DNA from: a virus
IMG/VR virus record: IMGVR_UViG_3300035490_000323
Span: 1 to 64,000 of that record
Strand: one strand, 5' to 3'
Length of the DNA stretch: 64,000 bases
Of the stretch, positions 18,901 to 27,275 are shown piece after piece (position 1 is the first letter of the stretch; every line of letters starts with the position of its first letter). The notes beneath the pieces were generated by a model, which did not search any database, was not told where the DNA came from, and saw only the letters and a list, made by a program, of their open reading frames with translations. Made by a program: the position numbers and the translations under genes.

Positions 18901-21900
18901 TACCATGTAGCGCAGCCGGGCACCCTCGGGAACATAGCGAGGGACGGGCTCCAGGGCGGCATACTGGGCCCGAAGGTGTTCCTTACCGAGAGGGCCGGGG
19001 TCGGCTTCTGGCGGGGGTACGATGCGTCCGCCCCCGTCCTTCGCATGCGGCGGGACCTGCTGGAGGACCTGGAGCCGGACGACTACGGGACACAGGACTC
19101 CGGGTCCCCCTGCTACAGCGCCCAGCCCGTGCCCCCCGCCCGCCTGGAGTTCCGGGTGGACACCCCCCAGGGCGAGGCCTGGAGGCCCGTAAGGTACGCG
19201 CTCGCCAAGGCCGCCTCCCAGGGCATACCCTCCTTCAGGGGCCTCGTGCGGGAGCTTGGGGGCATGAAGTACCTCCTGTCCGAGGTCGATATCGACGAGT
19301 TCGACCTGGAGGGGTCGGGGAAGAAGCCCGAGGAGTACATCAGGGGCAAGTTCAACGAGGTGAGGTCGTTCTTCGCCGGGCTCAGGTACCCCATACCTGT
19401 CTACCGGGCAATAAGCGGGGACCGCAGCGAGCTGAGGACAAAGGGCTTCGGCACCTCGTGGTCGATGAGCGAGGGAGGGATGGGGGAGCAGGGGGCATAC
19501 CCCTACGAGGGGAACCCGTCCAGCTACCAGGTCTACTCCTCCCACGTGTCGCCCAGGGACATAAACTGGACCAGCACCCTCCTGCTGGCCATGGGGAGAT
19601 GGTGGGACAGGGAGAAGGAGATAGTGGTGCGCAACGGGGCACGGCTCAGGGTCGGCGACGATGACGGCAGGATGTTCGAGGTGACGGCGTCCTTCGGGAA
19701 GACCGCCCTCAATGTCCCCAAGCTGGTCCAGGACTTCGGCGCGAAGCTCGTGGAGAGGTACAAGGCCGACTTCCCGGACGACACAAGGGAAATCGACCCG
19801 GCGGCCCTAATCAACTCCCTTGTCCCGCTCGACCCTACCGGCAACCATGAGTACGTGTCATGGATAGTGGGCAACTATGCCCGTGGGGAGCTTGGCGAGT
19901 ACGATGATATCGAGGCCACCGTCATCCCGCTCATCGAGCGCTACCATGCCCTGAAGAAGACCAGGAACCTACAGCCCCAGGACACGAACATCCAGAGGCT
20001 ACGCGGGAAGGCCGCCCTGGAGGCACTGCTGGCAAGGTACGCCGAGGTAGAGGCGGAGTCGAGGCGGCAGAGGGCCGTCAGCAGGGAGCAGGCGTTCTTC
20101 AGGAAGGGGGAGGCCGAGCTGGTGCATGACGACCCGGAGATGAAGGTCGTCATCCCCGAGACCTGCGAGGCGGCCAAGTTCTTCGGCGTCAACACGAGGT
20201 GGTGTACGTCGGCCGAGAGCAACAACGCCTTCCAGCAGTACCACGAGGAGGGGCCGCTCTACATCGTCCTGCTCAAGAGGGAGAACAAGAGGTTCCAGTT
20301 CCACTTCCAGACGGCGCAGTTCACGGACGAGGCGGACAGGCCGCTCGACATCGAGGAGTGGCTGGTGGAGCACCCCATGGTGGCCAGGCTGCTCGGGCCC
20401 CTGGCCGAGAAGGCCGATTCCGAGTGCGACGAGTGCGCTGGCCATGGGAGCAGCAGGTGCGGGGAGTGCGACGGCGAGGGGGCCGTGGAGTGCGTGGAGT
20501 GCGGCGGCAGCGGGCACGAGCGCTGCAACGACTGCCAGGGGAGGGGAAGGGTCCCCTGCGGCACATGCAACGGCGTAGGCATGGCGGGCGGGGGGGAGTG
20601 CCCGGCGTGCCACGGCGACCAGTACGAGCAGTGCGGCTCCTGCCATGGGACGGGCAACAAGAAGTGCGAGGAGTGCGACGGGCGAGGGTCCCATGCATGC
20701 GGGAGCTGCGAGAACGGGAGCATAACGTGCGACAAGTGCGGGGGCACGGGCAAGAACCCCGAGATGAACCAGTTCCTCGAAGGGTGCCAGAGGGCCCTCG
20801 CAGGGCCGCTGTCCGTCCCTGCCCTCCGCAACCTCAGGAAGAAGAAGTGGCCAGCGCTGAAGAAGAGGGTCAAGGACTGGATAGAGCCCAGGAGGACCCC
20901 CGTACACGTCGGCCCCAGGGGCATGGCGTTCCTGCAATGGCTGGAGGGGGTGAAGAGGAGGCTCAAGGGCAAGAGGGGCAGCAAGACGGCAGCGGAGGGG
21001 AGGTGCCAGCACTGCGGGGGCAGCCGCATAGGCATGGCCCTGCACTCTCCCAGCGCTGACACCTACTGGTGCATGGACTGCAACAGGAACACCGACGTCA
21101 GGCGGGAGGGGGTAAGCTGGAGCCTGCGGGACGCTGTATCGAGGTGGGGCGGCAAGACGGCGGCCGGCGAGTGGTGGAGGAGGTGGAGGAAGACCGAGGT
21201 TCTCCCCAAGGGCACGGTCCTCTACCATGGGACGGCACAGGAGTTCCCAGGCATGGACCTTAGCCTGCCTGCCTGGTTCAGCACCTCCAGGTCGGTGGCG
21301 GAGCACTTCCAGTCATGGCACGGGGAGGACGAGGGGAAGCACCGCCTCCTGATGTTCAGGGCGACCAGGCCCATCCGCCTGCCCCGCATAGATGGCAGGG
21401 AGGACCTGGAGAGGATGGAGGACATGTTCGGCCTCCAGACCTCCTACGGGGCCGAGGACATAGTGGACAGCCTCTCCCAGAGCGGGCTGCCCGGCTGGGT
21501 TATCCCCCATAACTACCCGGACGGGGACGACATCCTGCTGGCGGAGACGGACAGCATCGAGTTCACGGGGCAGGAGCCCGAGGCCGCGGACGAGGAGAGC
21601 GGGGAGACGGACGAGTTCGGCCACAGCCTGGAGCTGCCCGGCAAGTGGACGAGGAACGGGGACGGCAACTGGGTCTACCATATGACCCCCGAGGAGATAG
21701 CCGAGCGGGAGCGCATCGTGGGGAAGAAGGGTGCAGAGGCTAGTGAGGACCCCCCTGTCACCAAGGAGCTGCTCACCACCCGCAACCCCAAGGCGATGAG
21801 GCCCTACCGCCCCAGCCTGGTCACCACCGAGGGCAACCCCAAGATGGAGAAGGGCCTGTCCAGGGGATACCTCACGGGCGTCATGCACCTCATGCCGGCC

Positions 21901-22434
21901 GACAAGAGCGGGTACGGGAACGTCTGCCCCTTCAGCTCGGCGGAGTGCCGCCATCACTGCCTGAACACGGCCGGCAACTGGGTGCCGCACAAGCTCCAGT
22001 CCCGCATCTACAAGACCAAGCTATACTTCACGGACCGCAAGAGGTTCCTGGAGGAGCTGAGGAGGAGCATCGCCAGGCTGGCCAGGAAGGCGGAGGAGCA
22101 GGGGCTCCTGCCCGCCGTGCGCCTGAACGGCACCAGCGACATCCCCAGCCTCGGCCTGATGATGTCCAGGGAGTTCCCGGACATTACCTTCTATGACTAT
22201 ACCCGCATACCCAAGCCCTGGCAGAGGATGAGGGGGAACTACCACCTTACCTTCTCCCGCTCTGGAGATGATGATAAGGAAGTAGAGGAGGCCTTGGACC
22301 ATGGGGTTAGCGTAGCCGTGGTCTTCGATACCAAGCCCAATCTTCCGTTACCAGGGGAATGGCCTAAGGGCAAAAGGCAAGGCAAGAGGGAAGGGGACAG
22401 AGACCGGTTTTGTGCTAAAGAACCCCCTGCTTAA
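16000..22434 (+). CDS. 2144-aa polyvalent protein: several ART-like domains, papain-like domain, GNAT, PcfJ-related domain, DnaJ-type zinc-finger run, C-terminal gp88-like domain
   Basis: QCLG...HWWV...VDVTADQF; QYRGKGWG; LYHVA, VYRAI, LYHGT ART starts; TRWCTSA...FQFHF; 10 CxxC motifs; NVCP...CLNTAG...RLNGTSDI...FYDYT...YHLTFSRS. Confidence 0.75.
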   Translation: MAIADKFDLGFVGRLMRSRNGTVVGTLGDLLKSPRARDLYKEALGVPVMVLDRPVQGGKFVDSPDPNLRFFGACGSLRGKACIFVNPRWGEEETIRTLLEEGAHALRKLKGRPATKQDITALTSENIGEMHDSLPEEVSAKQMAEYVLKTAAQLPSVAFRQVWHIGSMDPEDKGKDSLEGAGLSISTHPEEWQQIAELGEGPVWELTRKGNRFLDFHRLTKAQLGAMADWGAQQGLIERRPAWQVRWWDSEDNGFRYAETETEEEAKEEAGAVGGKVRALSSIAYPTDRLRKATRNPRANSVVAMDLLATVYADKALGWDGVWWQDTLDVPGLSAPRGVILPSRLAGWQRRQVGMEGIEDYGAPGRRVSSDRRFIWQGRHGKAPQPGVPYYHVAPASYQEGQDIYSYDAYQDEFGEEPEWKWEEGQIGDTDKVSLHDSLEEAEGFREEWVPGGRVIEVVFPSPLGQLGLSGGVNGEGYPFVRHRIPGGFVRKVSSGRKTLEELALEFRERQEDWFEWQDDKACFREQCLGIARGLAKFLTENGIPAEPWHSYYYDDDGKPHNHWWVIAGGRVVDVTADQFHPEDPDSYRVVITSLDDPHYRQRKARQAGTESSPQSVPAMQGWGYDEPFPDRHSDFFELVENPHTDRGRETRVLETGAPPPEGGEGKPARGEPGQEGTLVRPMASFRSALLRKKAYSILAVFWVKLQGRILLFPNRFLNHDQILQETGIPAGGPEYDRMLRGRVFIDRERRRVRFTRHGGGYTPNDVVEEIVSRYHLQDWEMEDEGEAMGRYGSVQGGPVVERLGREDIPEALEVIAQCFPQYADIADVVSRDVRGDFSLSYGMRLEGRIIGCYLLGRVQLPEEYPGRPEAQAYAGKRGVRGVCLCLLPQYRGKGWGARLRAVPLSLGADYVWGEHYSSLDNLGKWTSFGRRLLFDTKDAKGQPYHVTVMDLRGGPPKAASSRDPYLYHVAQPGTLGNIARDGLQGGILGPKVFLTERAGVGFWRGYDASAPVLRMRRDLLEDLEPDDYGTQDSGSPCYSAQPVPPARLEFRVDTPQGEAWRPVRYALAKAASQGIPSFRGLVRELGGMKYLLSEVDIDEFDLEGSGKKPEEYIRGKFNEVRSFFAGLRYPIPVYRAISGDRSELRTKGFGTSWSMSEGGMGEQGAYPYEGNPSSYQVYSSHVSPRDINWTSTLLLAMGRWWDREKEIVVRNGARLRVGDDDGRMFEVTASFGKTALNVPKLVQDFGAKLVERYKADFPDDTREIDPAALINSLVPLDPTGNHEYVSWIVGNYARGELGEYDDIEATVIPLIERYHALKKTRNLQPQDTNIQRLRGKAALEALLARYAEVEAESRRQRAVSREQAFFRKGEAELVHDDPEMKVVIPETCEAAKFFGVNTRWCTSAESNNAFQQYHEEGPLYIVLLKRENKRFQFHFQTAQFTDEADRPLDIEEWLVEHPMVARLLGPLAEKADSECDECAGHGSSRCGECDGEGAVECVECGGSGHERCNDCQGRGRVPCGTCNGVGMAGGGECPACHGDQYEQCGSCHGTGNKKCEECDGRGSHACGSCENGSITCDKCGGTGKNPEMNQFLEGCQRALAGPLSVPALRNLRKKKWPALKKRVKDWIEPRRTPVHVGPRGMAFLQWLEGVKRRLKGKRGSKTAAEGRCQHCGGSRIGMALHSPSADTYWCMDCNRNTDVRREGVSWSLRDAVSRWGGKTAAGEWWRRWRKTEVLPKGTVLYHGTAQEFPGMDLSLPAWFSTSRSVAEHFQSWHGEDEGKHRLLMFRATRPIRLPRIDGREDLERMEDMFGLQTSYGAEDIVDSLSQSGLPGWVIPHNYPDGDDILLAETDSIEFTGQEPEAADEESGETDEFGHSLELPGKWTRNGDGNWVYHMTPEEIAERERIVGKKGAEASEDPPVTKELLTTRNPKAMRPYRPSLVTTEGNPKMEKGLSRGYLTGVMHLMPADKSGYGNVCPFSSAECRHHCLNTAGNWVPHKLQSRIYKTKLYFTDRKRFLEELRRSIARLARKAEEQGLLPAVRLNGTSDIPSLGLMMSREFPDITFYDYTRIPKPWQRMRGNYHLTFSRSGDDDKEVEEALDHGVSVAVVFDTKPNLPLPGEWPKGKRQGKREGDRDRFCAKEPPA

Positions 22435-22436
22435 CC

Positions 22437-22832
22437 CTAGGCAAGGTGCCTATGTGCCAGTGCTTCTAGCATCCTCTCAAAGTCCCCGTCAGGAAACGCC
22501 CCCCGTGCCCGGTTGTATATCCAGCATGTAAGTCTTACATTTTCCGGGGAATAATCCCCTGTCTGGGATATGCGGTCTAAGGAAGGGCTGAACGAGTTGC
22601 TCCTGCTTCCCTTCCCCCCGTTTATATGGAGTTCCAGGGGTATCCCAGTTACCTCGCATACGCCTTTCTTGAGCTTCTCCTCAATCCAGGCCTGGGTGAT
22701 AGAGCACTTCACCTTTGCCTTTGCCGCCCGCTTTCTGGCATTGCAAAGAAGGAAGGATGCACGCCCATTTGTGGTCGTATAGTATTTGGAGAACTTCTTG
22801 TAGTTTAAGACCCTTTGCTTTTCTGTCGGCAT
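22437..22832 (-). CDS. Free-standing HNH-type homing endonuclease
   Basis: CEVTGIPL...SPSLDRI...YSPENVRLTCWIYN; lower GC than flanks. Confidence 0.75.
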   Translation of the reverse strand: MPTEKQRVLNYKKFSKYYTTTNGRASFLLCNARKRAAKAKVKCSITQAWIEEKLKKGVCEVTGIPLELHINGGKGSRSNSFSPSLDRISQTGDYSPENVRLTCWIYNRARGAFPDGDFERMLEALAHRHLA

Positions 22833-22867
22833 ATCTACCCCCTATTAGGAGATAGATAGTTTAGAGA

Positions 22868-23917
22868 CTATACCTTCCTCCGGTACCCCCCCATGCACAC
22901 GAGCTGCACGGCGTCCGGGTTGACGGCGAAGCCAGCCTTCTCAGTGAGGGTAAAGCCCATATGGTCAGGAGGATAGTCGGCTGACAGCACGCTCATCCTC
23001 GCCTCGTCGGCCACGTACCCCGCGTGGACTGCATCGTCTACCCCGTCCACGGCCCTCGTGGCCCTGGTATGCCCGGTGACGTACATCCACCCCTGGGGCA
23101 CAGACCGGCTCTGGTAGAACGCGGTACCGTCAATATACCCCAGCAGCCCCGTCTTGAGCGTTACCCTGTCGTGGTTGCGGTAGAGCCTGTCGTCCCTCAG
23201 CCCCAGCAGCTCCGTGGCATCGTGCGGGTGGGCGAAGATGTACTGGGCCTCCTTGACGCCCCGCCCCGAGAGCCTCTCCCTTGCCTCCTCCAGGAAGGAG
23301 GGGCTGAACGGGACGATGTCCCTGGCCACAGAGTCCATCAGGGAGAACATCCACATGTCCTCGGCATCGGTCACCTCCCCCTTTGCCAGGTTGAGGCAGC
23401 GTGCGACCAGGTCGAACCGGCGCTCTGTCACGTGCGAGGCGGGGAACCCGACCTCCGATGTAATCTCGAAGGCCGGGATGTCAGTGCCGTCCCCCGTGCT
23501 GCGGAGCTTGTCGTAATGCACGCCGTTATAGAGGGGCAGGACGCTGTGCAGGCCCAGGCGGCCAAGGCTGGAGACGTGGCTCCCGTCCACCACGCAGAAG
23601 GCCTTGCGGACCAGGCTCTTGTAGTCCCTGCGGCGTCTCAGGGACGGTCCCATGGCCTCCGCCAGCCTCCGGCGGCCATCGGCGTTCTTGAGGAAGCTGT
23701 AGATAAGGTCCTCCTGCTCGGGGGTCGTATGGGGGATGCCCCCAAGGTATACCTGCTCCCTGTCAAGCCAGAAGACGTCCCCCTGGGCAGTATCCCCCGT
23801 ATCCTCCTGGGCAAGCGCCACGGCCAGGCTGCTGGCCCTAAGCTGCCGTGCCCCTAGCAGTGCTGCCGTCCCCCCCAGCAGCGACCGGAAGAACCCCCTG
23901 CGCACCATCGTCCCCAT
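22868..23917 (-). CDS. Divergent major-capsid-protein paralogue with N-terminal Tat-like signal peptide
   Basis: GRRRLAEAMGPSLRRRRDYKSLVRKAF...FEITS...ERRFDLVAR...AED resembles large-myovirus MCPs (from memory); N-terminus VRRGFFRSLLGGTAALLG. Confidence 0.6.
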   Translation of the reverse strand: MGTMVRRGFFRSLLGGTAALLGARQLRASSLAVALAQEDTGDTAQGDVFWLDREQVYLGGIPHTTPEQEDLIYSFLKNADGRRRLAEAMGPSLRRRRDYKSLVRKAFCVVDGSHVSSLGRLGLHSVLPLYNGVHYDKLRSTGDGTDIPAFEITSEVGFPASHVTERRFDLVARCLNLAKGEVTDAEDMWMFSLMDSVARDIVPFSPSFLEEARERLSGRGVKEAQYIFAHPHDATELLGLRDDRLYRNHDRVTLKTGLLGYIDGTAFYQSRSVPQGWMYVTGHTRATRAVDGVDDAVHAGYVADEARMSVLSADYPPDHMGFTLTEKAGFAVNPDAVQLVCMGGYRRKV

Positions 23918-24368
23918 TGCCGTGCCCCTCCTTTGCCTGCTCTATACAGTACCCCTGGAAGGCCTTGAGCACCCTTGGCCTCTCCCTTACCCATTCCCAC
24001 GCCGTCCTGCCGTCCGGCATGGCTATGATGCCTATTACGTCCCCCAGCGGCCTCTTCTCGCCCCTGGCGGTCATCCTGAGGTCGTACCATAGCCACTCGT
24101 CCGACACGTCCCCGTGGTCGTAGTCCTGGTGCTCCTTGCTCACGGGGTCGTACAGCCCCCTCCTCCTGCCGCTGTGGAAGCTGGCCAGCAGGAAGAGCAT
24201 CTCGAACAGCATCAGGCACCACATGATGGAGTAGACAGCGTACAGCTCCGGTACCCTCGGCGTTATCTGCCCGGTCAGGAACGACCAGTCCCAGAAGGCC
24301 GTCGCCAGCACCACGAATGCGGCGGCCAGGAGGTACCGCAGCTCTTGCTCTTCCCCGAGTATCCTCAT
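23838..24368 (-). CDS. Hypothetical membrane protein (2 TM)
   Basis: Two hydrophobic stretches near the N-terminus; part of the overlapping - strand gene run. Confidence 0.55.
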   Translation of the reverse strand: MRILGEEQELRYLLAAAFVVLATAFWDWSFLTGQITPRVPELYAVYSIMWCLMLFEMLFLLASFHSGRRRGLYDPVSKEHQDYDHGDVSDEWLWYDLRMTARGEKRPLGDVIGIIAMPDGRTAWEWVRERPRVLKAFQGYCIEQAKEGHGNGDDGAQGVLPVAAGGDGSTARGTAA

Positions 24369-24676
24369 ACCACCACCTCCAGCAGCTCCCTTAGGTCTAT
24401 GCCGTGCTTCCTGGAAAGCTCCAGTATCTTCCCTGCCCTCCCCAGGTACCTTAGCTTCGTGATACCTGCCTGGCCCCAGGACTCGTCGTTATAGGAGCAC
24501 CCGTCTATATGGTTGGAGTTGCAGGTCTTGCGGTGGATGTAGTCCGCTACGTCCCTCGGGTCCCTGTGGTCCAGGGTATGGTCCTCGGCCTCCATCACGT
24601 TGGTGAAGGTCCTGCTACAGCGCTCGCACTCTATGATGAACCTTATCCCCACCAGCCCCCCGTCCTTGAGCCTCAT
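24365..24676 (-). CDS. Hypothetical protein with C2H2-like motif
   Basis: MRLKDGG...CERC...EAEDH; overlapping start/stop with neighbours. Confidence 0.55.
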   Translation of the reverse strand: MRLKDGGLVGIRFIIECERCSRTFTNVMEAEDHTLDHRDPRDVADYIHRKTCNSNHIDGCSYNDESWGQAGITKLRYLGRAGKILELSRKHGIDLRELLEVVV

Positions 24677-25101
24677 CAGTCCCCTGTCCTTCCCTCGGCC
24701 TCGATGGCATCGTTGAGGTTGACCCTGAGGTCCTTCTCGGAGGCGATGACACGGGTGACGCTGGGCATGTCGTCCCCGCCGATGGCCGTCAGCTTCAGGT
24801 TGGTGTTGTTCCATCCGCACCCGTAGGGCTCCTCCTTCGGGGGGAACTTCTCTATCTCCCTGAGCACCTGCTCCCCCACGGGGCTGACGCCCTCCCTCCT
24901 GGCCTTCCGCGAGGCCCTCGGCCCGATGGTGTCCGTCTTGACCGCTGTCGCGCTGCCAGTCAGGCCGGTGGTGTCCATGTTGGTGTCGCTGCTCACGATA
25001 GAGGACTCAAGCTCGGAGAACCTTACCGCCCCCTTCTTGCGCAGCTCCCGGTTGGGCCGGTCCTTCCCCATCTTCCTTACCCGCTTTACCCTGGCCTTCA
25101 T
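24676..25101 (-). CDS. Hypothetical protein
   Basis: MKARVKRVRK..., GGAGG upstream, overlapping start/stop. Confidence 0.5.
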   Translation of the reverse strand: MKARVKRVRKMGKDRPNRELRKKGAVRFSELESSIVSSDTNMDTTGLTGSATAVKTDTIGPRASRKARREGVSPVGEQVLREIEKFPPKEEPYGCGWNNTNLKLTAIGGDDMPSVTRVIASEKDLRVNLNDAIEAEGRTGD

Positions 25102-25271
25102 ACTGCCTCCTTTATGCGCCTGTCGCAGTAGGTACAATACCCCGAGGGCTCTATCGCCTCCTGGCCCCTGCCCCCCATGAACTTGGGGTCCTGTACCCAC
25201 TCCCTGGTGGGGAGGAACCTGTGGCAGAACTTGCACTGGGCCCAGTGCCCCGTCCTGAGCACGGCCCGCAT
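25098..25271 (-). CDS. Small zinc-finger protein
   Basis: MRAVLRTGHWAQCKFC...CTYC. Confidence 0.5.
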   Translation of the reverse strand: MRAVLRTGHWAQCKFCHRFLPTREWVQDPKFMGGRGQEAIEPSGYCTYCDRRIKEAV

Positions 25272-25279
25272 CAGCCTCC

Positions 25280-25675
25280 CTACCACCTCTTCTCCTCCGG
25301 CACGGCCCCTAGCAGCTTGTCCGTCGCGCTCCTGATTAGGTCCTGCCAGAGCGCCTTGAGGAACAGGAGCACGGTGGCGAGCACCCTCCGGACGGACCCT
25401 AGCCTGCTGCGCCAGCGCTGCCTGAACCTCTCCTGGTGCTCCCTCTCCCTCCTCTTGCGGTGGGAGAGCATGAGGACGTATGTCCCGTCTACCTCGGCGT
25501 TGATGTCCTCCCTCAGCGCCTTCTCGGTCCTGGCGCACATCCAGTCGTCCCATACCCTGGCGGACATGCTGCTGAGGGCCTCGTAGTACAGCCACAGCAG
25601 GAAGCCGCCCACTGCCAGCGCAGGCCACTTCAGGGCCAGGAATGCGGCAAGCGTGCCTATGGCTTTTCTGAGCAC
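25280..25675 (-). CDS. Hypothetical membrane protein
   Basis: GTG start after AAGGAG; hydrophobic N-terminus (TLAAFLALKWPALAVGGFLLWLYY). Confidence 0.5.
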   Translation of the reverse strand: MLRKAIGTLAAFLALKWPALAVGGFLLWLYYEALSSMSARVWDDWMCARTEKALREDINAEVDGTYVLMLSHRKRREREHQERFRQRWRSRLGSVRRVLATVLLFLKALWQDLIRSATDKLLGAVPEEKRW

Positions 25676-25826
25676 GGCGTTCTCCTTGAGGTGATAAGCT
25701 CCACCGAGTCGTTGGCGACATCGAAGGCGATGGCCACCACCGGCTCGTAGTCCCCTGTGTCCGGGTCGAATGCCCTTACCTCCAGGCCAGGGTAGTACGA
25801 CAGCATCCTGACTATGTCCGATGCCG

Positions 25827-27275
25827 TCATCCCCCCTCCCCTGTAGGGGGGCTAGGAAGGATGGGCCGGACGAGCTGGCCAGGGAAGACATACTCCACCC
25901 CTTTCCTCAGCCTCTCCATCGCCTCCAGGGCCTCCTCGCGGGTGGATATCGTGCCCTCTAGCTGCATGTCCTCGATGTCCCCCAGGATTAGCTTGAAGCC
26001 CCTTCCCGGCTCCATCCCCATGGCTATCAGGTCGTCCCCCGTGGCCAGCCTCTCCGGGCGTATCTCCTCGGGGGTCAGCGACATGCAGTAGTCCAGCATC
26101 TCGGTGTACTGCGCTGCCGCGTGGTCCCTGTAGTCCTTGCCCAGCTCCCCCTCCCCGTCCTCCTCGTCCTCCCTGCGCAGGAGGATGTCCTGCCTGGCCA
26201 GGACGACGCCGTTCCTGGCCCCCGGCGTGCGCATCAGCTTCTTGAGGCGGTAGCGGCTGTGGTTCTTGGGGTAGTAGTAGAAGTTCCCGTTGAGGAGCAG
26301 GTCCATGCGCACGTCCAGCGCCCCGCAGATGGCCCTGGCATGCTCCGAGGACAGCTTCAGGACATCCCTGCACAGGTGCTCGCTGTCCGTCTCGCAGGGG
26401 TCGGACCCGGCGAGCAGCATGGCCATCCCTAGGTCCTGGTCCGTGGTGGGGAAGGCTGCCAGCCTGTGCATGGCGTTGGCCAGGGAGGGCTTGACCGCCT
26501 CCCTGAAGGGCAGGTATTCGAGCAGCCCCGATGCCGCCAGGGCGGCCAGCCCGCCCGCAGCATTGGGGGACGCCACGAGCCTGAGCAGCTCCGCCGTGAC
26601 GCGCTCCACCGACACCCTCCTGATAAGGGGGGCGTTCCTCCTGATTGCGCCCAGGGTGCCCTGCTCTATCTGGAACCTGAGCTGGGCAGCGAACCTGCAC
26701 GCCCGCAGCATCCTGAGGGCGTCCTCCATGAACCTCTGCGTCGGGTCGCCGATGCAGCGGACGACCCTGTCCCTGATATCCCTGAGCCCGCCCACATAGT
26801 CCACGACGAGGCTGTCCCCGCCCGGCGCTGGCTGGATGGCAAAGGAGGTGCTCTGCGGCCCGCTGCCTGGGTGCCCCTCCGCCAGGGTCGTGCCGCCGTA
26901 CGAGATAAGCAGCCCGTTCATGGTGAAGTCCCGCCTGGAGACGTCCTGCTCGGCGGTGTCGCTGTAGAAGACAATCTCGGGATGGCGGCCGTCCTCGTAC
27001 CTGCCGTCCGACCTGAAGGTGGCCACCTCGGTGTTCACCCCGCCGATGACCACGGTGACCACGCCGAAGGCCGCCCCGATGGGGACGGTCTTCTCGAAGA
27101 GGCCTATGACCTGCTCCGGGCGGGCATTGGTCGTGACATCGTAGTCCTTGGGCTCCCTGCCCAGGACGAGGTCGCGCACGCACCCGCCGACGAGGTAGGC
27201 CTCGAAGCCTGCCTCGCTGAGCGCCCTGATTACCTGCTCGGCCGCCTGCCTTGCCTCAGTAGCCATAGCCGACAT
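25827..27275 (-). CDS. cca: CCA-adding tRNA nucleotidyltransferase (class II)
   Basis: YLVGGCVRD...DYDV (motif A), EVATFR, RRDFTMN (motif B), EDALRMLRACRF (EDxxR), ERVTAEL; lacks the poly(A) polymerase GRRF signature. Confidence 0.9.
   Translation of the reverse strand: MSAMATEARQAAEQVIRALSEAGFEAYLVGGCVRDLVLGREPKDYDVTTNARPEQVIGLFEKTVPIGAAFGVVTVVIGGVNTEVATFRSDGRYEDGRHPEIVFYSDTAEQDVSRRDFTMNGLLISYGGTTLAEGHPGSGPQSTSFAIQPAPGGDSLVVDYVGGLRDIRDRVVRCIGDPTQRFMEDALRMLRACRFAAQLRFQIEQGTLGAIRRNAPLIRRVSVERVTAELLRLVASPNAAGGLAALAASGLLEYLPFREAVKPSLANAMHRLAAFPTTDQDLGMAMLLAGSDPCETDSEHLCRDVLKLSSEHARAICGALDVRMDLLLNGNFYYYPKNHSRYRLKKLMRTPGARNGVVLARQDILLRREDEEDGEGELGKDYRDHAAAQYTEMLDYCMSLTPEEIRPERLATGDDLIAMGMEPGRGFKLILGDIEDMQLEGTISTREEALEAMERLRKGVEYVFPGQLVRPILPSPPTGEGG

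Noticed and set aside
25827-27275. Poly(A) polymerase call
   Set aside because: Lacks the GRRF-type PAP signature; has EDxxR and an intact flexible loop typical of CCA enzymes.
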